From IMG/VR virus record IMGVR_UViG_3300035204_001483: DNA of 64,000 nucleotides; one strand, given 5' to 3'. Shown piece after piece: positions 46,014-55,205 of this stretch. The notes beneath the pieces are model-generated. The model made no database searches, was not told the DNA's origin, and was given only the letters and a program-made list of their open reading frames with translations. The position numbers and the translations under genes are program-made. Origin of the DNA: an uncultured virus (IMG/VR IMGVR_UViG_3300035204_001483). Its lineage: Duplodnaviria > Heunggongvirae > Uroviricota > Caudoviricetes. The number at the start of each line of letters is the position of its first letter. Positions within the stretch are counted from its first letter, which is position 1.

Positions 46014-46154
46014 GTAAAAATAGTACTACCAATCTAACTTCGTGTCAAGATTTTCTTAAAGAAAACAAAAGAAATAAAAAGAATAATACTAATAAATAAA
46101 AATAATATATACACTGTTGTTAATACTGCCACCCACAAACCAACCACAATCTCT

Positions 46155-46460
46155 TTAAGCGTCCTCATCTACTCTATACTGTAAGTTGTTATACAGTACT
46201 CTAGACAAGGTGTTTCCGAAAGAGGTCACTTCTTTTTCAGTAAGCTCTGGAAAATAAGCGTGCGTCACCTCATGTATTACTGTGTTTAGTATAGTCTGAT
46301 TGGATCGGTGGGGGTTTATATAAATATGAGATTTATTTCCTTTCTTCGGATAGAAGCACACCCCATCGCAATCTTCTCCCCATGTACGTGCGTCCGGCTT
46401 GCGAAAGATGATCTCGTAACGCACACCTTCATTATTTTTAAATTTTAAAAAGTTTTTCAT
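46155..46460 (-). CDS. HExxH metallopeptidase-like protein
   Basis: GVC..IYIN..TVIHEVTHA. Confidence 0.6.
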   Translation of the reverse strand: MKNFLKFKNNEGVRYEIIFRKPDARTWGEDCDGVCFYPKKGNKSHIYINPHRSNQTILNTVIHEVTHAYFPELTEKEVTSFGNTLSRVLYNNLQYRVDEDA

Positions 46461-46904
46461 CCTCCCCCAAAATAAGTCTAATACTATACAAATGCTCAAA
46501 AAAACTAAAAATACCTCCAAAATCTTTAAAATATGTAAATATTGTACCATATCCTGTACCCCTATACAAGCTTATTTTTGAACAAAAAAACCACATATTT
46601 AAGTCTCACTGTTTTGCGGGGAAAATAAAAAACCCGCCGCAAGCACTAGGCCCGCAGCGGGCTTCTGAAGCATACCAGCCTGTGGGGCTGGCAGAAGATA
46701 AGCTCCATAACGAGGTTCAGGGTGGTCTGTCCCTCGCTGAAATATTATATATTTAATCAAAAAACATTCAAAAAAAAATGCCCCTCCAAAATAGAGAGAC
46801 ACTTTATAGAGATGATACCCATAAGACTAAAAGTCTTTAGATAAGTATCCTATATTTAAATTAATTTTATTCTAATTTTTTTTATCCACGATTTTTTCAT
46901 CCCT

Positions 46905-47113
46905 ATGTTATAATCCTCATACTTAAAGTAATCGATGACCCTGCGTGTTTTAATCCTCTAATACTTAAAATTTTGCTTGGTACTCAATATGTTGTAATCC
47001 TCTTATACACCTTCGCGCCATAATGTTATAATCCTCTAATACTTATGAAGACGGGTTTGTATGGACATTTTTAACCGTGGTCTTCAGTGACTCGTCAGAT
47101 GTTGTAATCCACT
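46905..47113 (-). repeat. Cluster I of (A)GAGGATTACAACAT-type repeats (5 copies)
   Basis: Plus strand RTGTTNTAATCC(T/A)C at 46905, 46945, 46989, 47023, 47099. Confidence 0.8.
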
Positions 47114-47272
47114 ACAAAGAAGTATACCACGCACGTTATTTCGAGTCAAGAAGATTTGTGGGGGATTTTAATATATTTTAAATAATTTTAATTTGTGGGG
47201 GATTTGTCGATCACTGGTGAGTGGCTACTTATTTAGACAATCAAAATTTGCAGAAAATGAGTGACAAAATAA

Positions 47273-47521
47273 TTATCTTTTTATTCTTCTGTAATTTTTT
47301 GACCAGATGATATTGCACATCTCATTAGCAGTTTGGTCTACTCTAGTCTCTGACCAGTTAGGATTATAGATATGAAGCATTTCATGTATTAAGACATTTA
47401 AAAATTGTTTACTTTTTAATCTGCCATCTATTTCTATTTTATCTTCTCCTACCCACGCCAAACCAAGGGCTTTCTCCCTGCCAAGAGGCCGCTCAACTAC
47501 TTTGATTTTCTTCTTAGCCAT
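47273..47521 (-). CDS. Small HExxH metallopeptidase-like protein
   Basis: GLA..IEIDGRL..LIHEMLH. Confidence 0.65.
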   Translation of the reverse strand: MAKKKIKVVERPLGREKALGLAWVGEDKIEIDGRLKSKQFLNVLIHEMLHIYNPNWSETRVDQTANEMCNIIWSKNYRRIKR

Positions 47522-47544
47522 ATAAATATATACACTTTATGAGC

Positions 47545-47573
47545 TTGACATATGCTAAAAATACAGATATAAT
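47545..47573 (+). promoter_or_regulatory. Perfect consensus sigma70 promoter
   Basis: TTGACA-17-TATAAT. Confidence 0.65.
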
Positions 47574-47930
47574 GAGTATCTGGGATATATATAAACCAGC
47601 CACTCCTTTTTTTAAAATTTTTTAATCAATAAATCATGTATTCCCTTATATATACTACCTCTTATACACATGAACATTAAAGACTAAATCGTGTCGTTTT
47701 GTGGGGAAAAGTGGGGGAAAGTGTAGGTTTCTGTGGATTTGAGGGAGTGCAGGTTTAGGGCGAGTGTTCTAACAATAAAGAAAATAACACATTCTTAATT
47801 CAATGCAAGTTAATACTCTCTTTTATATGCTAATTACTTCCGTTTGGCCTTGTTTATGCCCTCTATCCATGCGCTAATAAACCACCAAGTTATCAATCCA
47901 AGATAAATTGCCCCGCCAAGATTTTCCATG

Positions 47931-48365
47931 TCACTTCCTTTCTCTTAGCTTAAAGAACTTGTGATTGCCTATAATTTTTACAGGTTTACTTGTGCGAGTC
48001 CAATAATTGTGAGTCTTTAATGTGCAATAATGGTCTGCGTTCTTAACGTAAGACAACTGTAAACGACTCAAATTAATAGCTAAAAATTTAGCATAAATCC
48101 CCTGCGGAGTCTTTAATGAGTGAGATTCTTTACCGTCATTCCAGCAAGAAAATTGCCGCTTTTGTAAACAGACTTGTGCTGGGGTTATCTTCCTATTTTT
48201 GGAACGTTGTTGAATAACACAAGCTACAGCATACATACCCGCTTTACCCTCACCTCTGGCCTCCCCCAAAATTGTGAGTGCCACAATCCTTTGGCTACGT
48301 GTTAACGCCGTATCTGCTTGAACAAATGGCGCAACAAATAAAATAAAAGCTATGATTCTTTTCAT
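47931..48365 (-). CDS. Cell wall hydrolase, SleB/Hydrolase_2 family
   Basis: Signal peptide, TILGEARGEG, QFSCWN, IGNHKFF. Confidence 0.88.
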   Translation of the reverse strand: MKRIIAFILFVAPFVQADTALTRSQRIVALTILGEARGEGKAGMYAVACVIQQRSKNRKITPAQVCLQKRQFSCWNDGKESHSLKTPQGIYAKFLAINLSRLQLSYVKNADHYCTLKTHNYWTRTSKPVKIIGNHKFFKLRERK

Positions 48366-48610
48366 TTTAGTGGGATGTTCACCTTGAAACCATCCTTTTC
48401 CATTTGAGCATCAAAATCCTCGTCATAGGTGTCTATGCCCGACATGGCCTCCAGATACTCATCAGTCTCAAAGACCTCTCTAATGCGCTTCTGGAGGGCA
48501 TTAATAACCGCTCCCTTCTCATGCTTGAGGCAGTCATACCAATCCTCATACTTACTCATAGGAACCGCAAATGCTATGTCAAATGCGTGGTTGTATCTCT
48601 TTTCTTTCAC
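48362..48610 (-). CDS. Hypothetical protein
   Basis: ATGA-coupled to the hydrolase gene. Confidence 0.55.
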   Translation of the reverse strand: MKEKRYNHAFDIAFAVPMSKYEDWYDCLKHEKGAVINALQKRIREVFETDEYLEAMSGIDTYDEDFDAQMEKDGFKVNIPLK

Positions 48611-48659
48611 TGTTTACCTTTCTTTTTTAGTCCTCGTTTGGTTGTCCAGACGAGGATGC

Positions 48660-48775
48660 GTGTTGTAATCCTCTTGGAAAACTGCGCCTTCTGTGTCCTA
48701 ATCCTCTTAAAGCCTCTAACAAGGTCAGTGTTTTAATCCTCTAATCAATTACTTCTTTCTTTGTCGTAATCCTCA
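48660..48775 (-). repeat. Cluster II of the same repeat (4 copies, 33-35-bp period)
   Basis: Copies at 48660, 48693, 48728, 48761. Confidence 0.75.
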
Positions 48776-48942
48776 TTGACCCTTTCTCGATCTCCTAATT
48801 TTCCGCTGCTCCATTTATCGTACAAATCCCATGCTTCGTCAGCCCATTTTTTGCCATAGACCTTCTGCTTCTCTGCGAGGTAGACCACCACCTCATCGTA
48901 GGGAGTATTTTCGTAAACTTTAATGAGGTCTGTTGTTGTCAT
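48745..48942 (-). CDS. Hypothetical protein
   Basis: 65-aa ORF. Confidence 0.5.
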   Translation of the reverse strand: MTTTDLIKVYENTPYDEVVVYLAEKQKVYGKKWADEAWDLYDKWSSGKLGDRERVNEDYDKERSN

Positions 48943-48967
48943 AATGTCTCGATATAAATTCCTGTCG

Positions 48968-49180
48968 CTAGTCCTCTTGGTCTAAATCCCATTCTCCCAA
49001 CGCATACTCCAATACCTCTTCAAACGATTGCCCGTGTTCGTTCGCTTCTACTGCTGCATTTAACGCACTCCACATCACTTCTGCCTCCAACCCCCAAGGT
49101 CGCGCTGCTTTTAGAGCCTGTTCCACCAATTGTATCTTAGCTGGCCTTGGATTGGTTGCGTCTATGTCTTTGAGTTTCAT
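48968..49180 (-). CDS. Conserved phage hypothetical protein
   Basis: GLEAEVMWSAL..ALGEWDL pattern. Confidence 0.6.
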   Translation of the reverse strand: MKLKDIDATNPRPAKIQLVEQALKAARPWGLEAEVMWSALNAAVEANEHGQSFEEVLEYALGEWDLDQED

Positions 49181-49228
49181 AAATCAGCTAAGGGGTAATG
49201 TTGTAGTCCTCTTCTAATTCGTTATTCC

Positions 49229-49456
49229 TCATCGCTCTATCTTTTCAAAGCGTTTCGCTTTATTCTTGCTTCTTTTCTTGCTTGTAGTCGTCTCATGTAA
49301 CGCGATATAGTCTTCACCTTTGTAATCCTCTATGGTGATACTTTTGTACACAAGATTTTTTGCTCCTTCTCGATGCAATAAGTCGTACATCTTCGGCTCG
49401 CTGGTAGCGCAACCAGTTATAGTTAGGACAGTTAATAATATAATAATTTTTTTCAT
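49229..49456 (-). CDS. Putative lipoprotein
   Basis: MKKIIILLTVLTITGC lipobox. Confidence 0.55.
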   Translation of the reverse strand: MKKIIILLTVLTITGCATSEPKMYDLLHREGAKNLVYKSITIEDYKGEDYIALHETTTSKKRSKNKAKRFEKIER

Positions 49457-49888
49457 TCTTCTTCTTCTCTTACTACTTCGCACCACTCTTTACAATCCCT
49501 GCAAATAGCGACATCATCACCAGCGGGGTTGTACACTGGTGAGCCACAACAACTACTAATCTCACCTGTTAAAAAATAGTCTGAGTAGTCCATGCTCATT
49601 GCAAATCTCTCTCTTATTCGTCTAACTCGTAAAGAGTGTTAGTTACCGCTTCTTCTAGCTTGTCTGGCATTGACGACGCGCCTTCTGGGTACTGCTCGTA
49701 GATCGCCTCTAACAGTTTATCAACCGTTTCCTTACTTACCGTATTGAACGAGTCTCTTTGTCCTAACATCTTTCCGTCTTTCTTTTAAATTTTAAAAAAC
49801 TTTTATAAGCTAGGAGCATCGAGAGAAGGAAGTGGAAGCTCCCGATGCTCCCGTTTGGGGGGTCTCCACCCCTCTAGGCTTGGGCAGC

Positions 49889-50701
49889 CTACATCTTCGG
49901 GGGCGGTAAAGGTGGAGACAGTAAAGTCGTTTCTCCCGTATCCGCATTATAATGACCTTGATAGTATGTATCTACTATTGGCTCTTCCAGAGCGCGAGAG
50001 AATACGCCAACCACCTTGTACTTCGCTGTACGGAGTTTCTGGCACTCACAATCCTTCGGGACACTCACAACGTCCGTAGGGTCAATTTCGACCACTACAA
50101 CGTGACTTTGATCGCCTCCGAAACTTTGCGCGTAATCCAAACTCCCCGCATGGAAACCATACGAACAGCCAATGTCGGCATCATCACACACTGTATTACG
50201 ATGCATCTCATGCGTTTGCCCGACCTTGTTGGAGAACGTGCCTGAGTAATGGTCAGTCCAATCACGCCTCAGACTTTTGTAAGCGAGAAAATTGCCATCG
50301 GGCGTAAAAGGCATATTCTTGTGCCGCAAAAACGTATACAATTCGTTTACAGCGCGGCGTGAAGGATTTGCCATGAGCTTATCCAAGAACTTTAACAGGG
50401 GGCGAAACGGACTCCCCATTTGAATTAATTGCAAGATGCGCTCAGTCACCACATTATGGACTGGTAAATCCTTATACTTAAGGATTCCGTTATCAATAAT
50501 GATATTACCTTCTGAAAGACCTGTGATTGTTGCTGGAATATCCAGCGCGGCTTTAAGCCCATCCCAATCCTGTGCCAACAAAGCCGCTTTTGCGACTTGC
50601 CAATTCGGATGCTCTAAACGAATTGTGTACGACTGACCTTCCTCATTTGGGGTATAGGTAAGTGAATTTGGTGTTAATATAAAACTGTGATCTTCTAACA
50701 T
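49889..50701 (-). CDS. rIIB: RIIB-like protein
   Basis: LYTFL..TPDGNFLAYK, CSYGFHAG, IDPTDVVSVPKD..KLRT. Confidence 0.85.
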   Translation of the reverse strand: MLEDHSFILTPNSLTYTPNEEGQSYTIRLEHPNWQVAKAALLAQDWDGLKAALDIPATITGLSEGNIIIDNGILKYKDLPVHNVVTERILQLIQMGSPFRPLLKFLDKLMANPSRRAVNELYTFLRHKNMPFTPDGNFLAYKSLRRDWTDHYSGTFSNKVGQTHEMHRNTVCDDADIGCSYGFHAGSLDYAQSFGGDQSHVVVVEIDPTDVVSVPKDCECQKLRTAKYKVVGVFSRALEEPIVDTYYQGHYNADTGETTLLSPPLPPPKM

Positions 50702-50709
50702 AATTCCTC

Positions 50710-50955
50710 CTAGTTTCTTTCTTTTAATTTGATTATATCTTTTTTTTGTCCATCAAACTTTTTGTAGATCACCCAACCTACGTGACGCTCAGAATCTTGA
50801 CCGCCCTCCATGACATCACCAAAGTGATCCACATTAAAATCGAACATCTTGCGAGTTTCGCCTTCGCCCCAAAGAAACCCAACTAGAGTAACCTTAAAAC
50901 CGATGTCACGCTTATACCTTACTTGAGCTTCGGTATCTTTCAATGTGCCTTTCAT
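50710..50955 (-). CDS. Hypothetical protein
   Basis: 81-aa ORF after the promoter at 50990. Confidence 0.55.
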   Translation of the reverse strand: MKGTLKDTEAQVRYKRDIGFKVTLVGFLWGEGETRKMFDFNVDHFGDVMEGGQDSERHVGWVIYKKFDGQKKDIIKLKERN

Positions 50956-50976
50956 TACGAGTAGTATGCCAGATTC

Positions 50977-51294
50977 TTAGTTCCTGTCAAGCTTTTTGTG
51001 GTAGTTTTCTAAATACTCTAATTCCTTTTCTACATCCTCTGGATTAAGCCACCCCTTTACTGAATCATGCCAAGCTTCAACTTTCATCATCCTTTCTCCC
51101 CCCGCATAGAATACTCCCATTTCGTATAATCCTACTTCGTGACCGTGAGAAGCTCCATGCTGCACCACCGATACTTCAAGACCATTCGGTAAATTTACGT
51201 AAGCTTGAATGGGGTCAATGTGCTTACTTTCAACCTTAAAGCTTCTGCCGTACTCTTCGGGCATCGGCTCAAATTCTAGATCGTCGAATTTCAT
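50977..51294 (-). CDS. Conserved phage hypothetical protein
   Basis: PNGLEVSVV..GLYEMGV..VKGWL pattern. Confidence 0.65.
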   Translation of the reverse strand: MKFDDLEFEPMPEEYGRSFKVESKHIDPIQAYVNLPNGLEVSVVQHGASHGHEVGLYEMGVFYAGGERMMKVEAWHDSVKGWLNPEDVEKELEYLENYHKKLDRN

Positions 51295-51323
51295 AATCTT
51301 TTTTTTAAAATTTTAATTAGAAG

Positions 51324-51398
51324 GGGGCAGGGAGAGATGACCTACTAACTCCCCCCACCCCTGAGTTGCCCTGCGAGAAACCTACTAATCGCAGGACA
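51324..51398 (-). ncRNA. Twin-hairpin RNA element downstream of rIIA with UUAGUAGGU loops
   Basis: TGTCCTGCGA-TTAGTAGGTTTC-TCGCAGGGCA and GGGGTGGGGGGAG-TTAGTAGGTCAT-CTCTCCCTGCCCC; fully paired only on the minus strand (G.U pairs). Confidence 0.6.
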
Positions 51399-51404
51399 GA
51401 TTGT

Positions 51405-53549
51405 TTAATTACATTCATCCAGTTGCACCATGTTGTTGCAGAGTGCTTTTAAAGCTATGTTCTCTCTATCGTAATAGCCGTCAACAGTGACGTGCTTTAC
51501 GAGAGGGTAATCCTCCTCAACTTGCTTGGCGAGGTCTTTTAGCTCAACATTTTTTTCTTTCTTAACCTTCTTGAGTTTGAATCCCCAATTCCGAGCAAGG
51601 TTTTCAAATTTCGTTACCTCTGCTTTGTCTGTTGATGATTCGTGAAAGTCACGTTGGACTTTAACGTAGGAGTGATCTTCACCGAGAATCTCTTCGGCTA
51701 TATCCAACTTGTTCTCTCTAAGGAACCAATCACGCTCAACACCATCTACTTGGCTAATCAAGCTTGCCTTTGTTGGGATGTCTTTTTCTTCCGCAATGTC
51801 CAAAACATGATCCGCAACCCACTCATGAAGTTCAATCCAGTTGGGATTGTCTTTCAGCTTTTTAGCTGCGACCTTGGTAAAGCCGATAATTTTTTCTGGC
51901 ATATTGTCTGCACCAAGTAGATTTTCAATCTCATGAATTTGATTATGAAAGTTATGCGGTTCACTGTAAGGATAACCTTCTGGCCTTTGGACAACGTACC
52001 GACTGATCTCAACGAACACTCCTTCATCTTCCTCAAGATCAATCTCAGTCGCAGTCCAACGATCACGCCACTTAGACCAACGGTAACAATCTTGATCATA
52101 CTCAAAAGTCTTTTGTACAGTGCGAGTCTGAGTGGAAACCGAACTATTCTTTGGCGGCTTCGGTAAATCTTTTAGCGAAAGCATTTCCGCATCAAAACCC
52201 ATCTCTTTGCAGATTTCTTTTTCTGACTTGAGTTTCGGTTCACTAGGAGTGCGGTGAGTATTCTCACTAAAGTTAATAAGGTAAACCTTACGTCCTTCTT
52301 CTTTCTGTTGTAGGTAAGTGATTTTACCCAAAGCTCCACGAACGTGACCGACATCATTCTTTACTATCACGATTTTCTCACGGGGTTCAATCGTTGTTCC
52401 CTGTTTGAACCTTATGTTGCCCCCGCTGGTTTTCTTCGTTGAACGAACGGTAACGTGGTCGTAATTGTAAAAATTATACTGAGAGTTTTTGATTTTCTCA
52501 CCGTTAAAGGTGATGTTCTCTTTCGCCCAAGTTGATAGTTGGTACAGTGAGCTACCGTAGTCGCAAATTTCTCCCATCAATCGTTTTGCGTCCCACATCG
52601 TTTTGCAGTTGTCGAATTTTTCTTCTACTTTTTTCTGCAACTCAGCGTTAACTTTTTTAAGTTTTCTAACGAGGTTTGTCTTTGTACGATCAGTCATTTC
52701 CAAAGCTTCACGACTTGCTGTGATGCTCAACTCTCCGATTTCACACTCGACAATGAGATGCCCGTTAACAATCTCCTTTAGATTTCTCTCTAAGCTCAAT
52801 TCGTCTGGATCAAAACCGTAAGGGATTCCACCCATTACCGCTGTCGGATCAGAGTAATTTGAAGCCTCTTTAATATACTTCCAGTTGTCGCCCTCAAAAA
52901 GTACGTCCACCTTAATCTCATCAATTTCGTGGTCTGAAAGACCATGAATAACTGGCTTTACTTTAAAATGTTTATATAATTTAATCGCCTTCTCGCTAAA
53001 TTCCTCGCAATCATCAACGTCTACGCCAATAACGATTTCAACACCATCCCTTTCGTTGGTATCGCTTGCTCCAAGCTTAGAAATTTGACCGACTTTCGTT
53101 TCGTCAATAAATGCCGTATGAACGTGTTTCACCCCATTAATGTAAGAGTTAATTACAAAGCTATCACCGTAGGCAAATGCCGATTTTGAACCAAGACCAA
53201 GCATACCAATTTGCTCGTTGCTGTTCCGCTTGGTAGACTCACCGTAATTCGCGTAAACATCTTTAATCTCTTCATCGTTTAGGGATGGGCCAAAATCACG
53301 AACCTTAAAAACGGGGTCTATAACGGTTGGCAACGTCACTTCGATGGGAATATCGCCATTACCAGCCTCTTTGTTGGCGTCTACCGCATTGGCTGAATAC
53401 TCACGAATAACTGCCCCAATCTTATCAGAGTAAAGTTGATTCCGTAAAACGTTGAAAATGTGGGAGAGTCCACTCTTTTTAATTCCAAAAGCAACTGAGG
53501 TTTGAACGCCGTTAGTTTGGACTTCGATTTTTTCGTCTATGACTTTCAT
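51405..53549 (-). CDS. rIIA: RIIA-like protein (GHKL ATPase N-terminus)
   Basis: LYSDKIGAVIREYSANAVDA, VRDFG, YGESTKR..GLGSKS, ASREAL; rIIB nearby. Confidence 0.88.
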   Translation of the reverse strand: MKVIDEKIEVQTNGVQTSVAFGIKKSGLSHIFNVLRNQLYSDKIGAVIREYSANAVDANKEAGNGDIPIEVTLPTVIDPVFKVRDFGPSLNDEEIKDVYANYGESTKRNSNEQIGMLGLGSKSAFAYGDSFVINSYINGVKHVHTAFIDETKVGQISKLGASDTNERDGVEIVIGVDVDDCEEFSEKAIKLYKHFKVKPVIHGLSDHEIDEIKVDVLFEGDNWKYIKEASNYSDPTAVMGGIPYGFDPDELSLERNLKEIVNGHLIVECEIGELSITASREALEMTDRTKTNLVRKLKKVNAELQKKVEEKFDNCKTMWDAKRLMGEICDYGSSLYQLSTWAKENITFNGEKIKNSQYNFYNYDHVTVRSTKKTSGGNIRFKQGTTIEPREKIVIVKNDVGHVRGALGKITYLQQKEEGRKVYLINFSENTHRTPSEPKLKSEKEICKEMGFDAEMLSLKDLPKPPKNSSVSTQTRTVQKTFEYDQDCYRWSKWRDRWTATEIDLEEDEGVFVEISRYVVQRPEGYPYSEPHNFHNQIHEIENLLGADNMPEKIIGFTKVAAKKLKDNPNWIELHEWVADHVLDIAEEKDIPTKASLISQVDGVERDWFLRENKLDIAEEILGEDHSYVKVQRDFHESSTDKAEVTKFENLARNWGFKLKKVKKEKNVELKDLAKQVEEDYPLVKHVTVDGYYDRENIALKALCNNMVQLDECN

Positions 53550-53615
53550 GTAGGTTTCTTTTTTTCGTAGGTTTTCGTTTCGTTAAAGAAGACTATACCA
53601 CCGTCTTGTTTCCTG

Positions 53616-53861
53616 TCAATCTTTTTCTCGTTTTCTTTCTATATCCGCTATTGTTAAGGCTTTTTTTAAAGTGTTAGATTTAACTGGCTCGGGATCACTC
53701 GCTCGGAGTTCCTTCTCAACCTTATCAAGCTCTAACATATCATTGAGAATAATTGCGGCTTCTTTTCGCGCTGAAAAACCATAATCATCTATCGTTCTAC
53801 TGCCTGTCATTAGCGCGTGAGCGATTTGCAAAGCTTGAGTTTTATTAATTAGCGTTTCCAT
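53616..53861 (-). CDS. Hypothetical protein
   Basis: 81-aa ORF in operon. Confidence 0.5.
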   Translation of the reverse strand: METLINKTQALQIAHALMTGSRTIDDYGFSARKEAAIILNDMLELDKVEKELRASDPEPVKSNTLKKALTIADIERKREKD

Positions 53862-54165
53862 GCTCCAATCTTCCTCTTTCGCCTAAAGCGTATAGTGGTT
53901 CAAAAAAAGCTGGTGTATATTCTCCAACGTATGCCTGTTCTACGTTAAAGCTAAAAAACTCCATTGCATCTTGGTAGTTCATGCCATCCCTTTCCATAAG
54001 GACATCTATACATTTTTCAGAATCATAGAGAGCCTTCGGCTTCGATCCAAAACTTTCTACAATACCCATGAACGCATCTTCAAAACCGTCAGCAAGTAAG
54101 ATGCCATCCCTATCTTCATCAAAGTAGTTAATTTCTATGTAGTGTCGTATATCTTCTTTTTTCAC
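53845..54165 (-). CDS. Conserved phage hypothetical protein
   Basis: LLADGFEDAFMG..AMEFFSFNV..YVGEYTP pattern. Confidence 0.7.
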   Translation of the reverse strand: MKKEDIRHYIEINYFDEDRDGILLADGFEDAFMGIVESFGSKPKALYDSEKCIDVLMERDGMNYQDAMEFFSFNVEQAYVGEYTPAFFEPLYALGERGRLEHGNAN

Positions 54166-54386
54166 GAATTTTTACCTCTCCCCTCCTCTTTCTGGAGGGC
54201 TGCTTGACGCAACTCCGACTTGGGACAATATTGCCAACCGTCATCAAGCAAATCTTTTAGCTTCTTAAATGATGCTTGGTATTTGTTCTTGGATGAGGCT
54301 GCTTTAGCTACCTCTTCCGCTCCATGCCACCCTTTAGGAAGGGGGGTTACTCTAATGTATTTTTTACCTTTTTTTAATGTTTTCAT
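54162..54386 (-). CDS. Hypothetical protein
   Basis: MKTLKK..GWQYCPKS. Confidence 0.55.
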   Translation of the reverse strand: MKTLKKGKKYIRVTPLPKGWHGAEEVAKAASSKNKYQASFKKLKDLLDDGWQYCPKSELRQAALQKEEGRGKNS

Positions 54387-54391
54387 TAAAT

Positions 54392-54580
54392 TTAATCTCT
54401 CTCGAAATGCGACTCCCCAAAAACTTCTTCAAATTTTTCCACTAAAGATTCTTTCTCTAAATTATCGTACCCCTTATTACCAAACATCAGCATCGCAATC
54501 ACTAAGTCTTGATCCATTTGAGTCGCCCAGTACTCCGCGAGCAGTTTTGGCATTATGGATAATTCATAATCTGAATACAT
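54392..54580 (-). CDS. Hypothetical protein
   Basis: 62-aa ORF. Confidence 0.5.
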   Translation of the reverse strand: MYSDYELSIMPKLLAEYWATQMDQDLVIAMLMFGNKGYDNLEKESLVEKFEEVFGESHFERD

Positions 54581-54743
54581 CTCAGCTACCGCTTTCTCTT
54601 TCCGTTCCTCGCTCTTGCTTCGACCTTTTGATGTTTTCGTGACATTATCCTGTTTTTGCGTTGTCTTGGTTTTTCTTTTTTTAAATAATTTTTTAATGCT
54701 TCTTCCGCTTTATAAAAGGCCAAGCTGTCAACGTTATCGTGAT

Positions 54744-54950
54744 TCATTCTTTGGACTCCAACGTTGGAATTGTTTTTAGTCGATGTTCTTCCAAGGTATC
54801 CACTAACATTTTTGCGTGGTAGTAAACATGGTTCTTTGAGGCAACTTCACCAGTATCGCGTAACCAATCGTAATAGTCTCCCTCTTCAAACTCCAAGATA
54901 AAGTTCACCACTTCCCTTAAACTCTCCGCTTCTTTATCAGTTAGGTTCAT
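54744..54950 (-). CDS. Hypothetical protein
   Basis: Start re-placed at MNLTDKE. Confidence 0.5.
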   Translation of the reverse strand: MNLTDKEAESLREVVNFILEFEEGDYYDWLRDTGEVASKNHVYYHAKMLVDTLEEHRLKTIPTLESKE

Positions 54951-55205
54951 TACTTTGACTCCTCTCTTCTTTAAGGGAAACTGCCAGAGCTTTGTCTGCC
55001 TGTCCACTTATTTTTTTTACAGTATTAGGGTAAGTCACGCTCACCTCAAGCGGGGGCGGTCATATCAAGTGTAATTTACCGTCAGCCCCGATATGAGTGT
55101 CAGGCAACTGGTTATAATAAATATTAACAAGGACGGCAACGAACATCACGGTTATCGTAAGAGCAACGGAAGCGAGCATCACATCGACTATTCCTTCTTT
55201 GGTTC

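Noticed and set aside
46630..46675. CGCAGCG core as a 23rd element copy
   Set aside because: It lacks the AGGGGTT/AACCCCT arms and fits better as a minus-strand terminator hairpin next to an A-tract.
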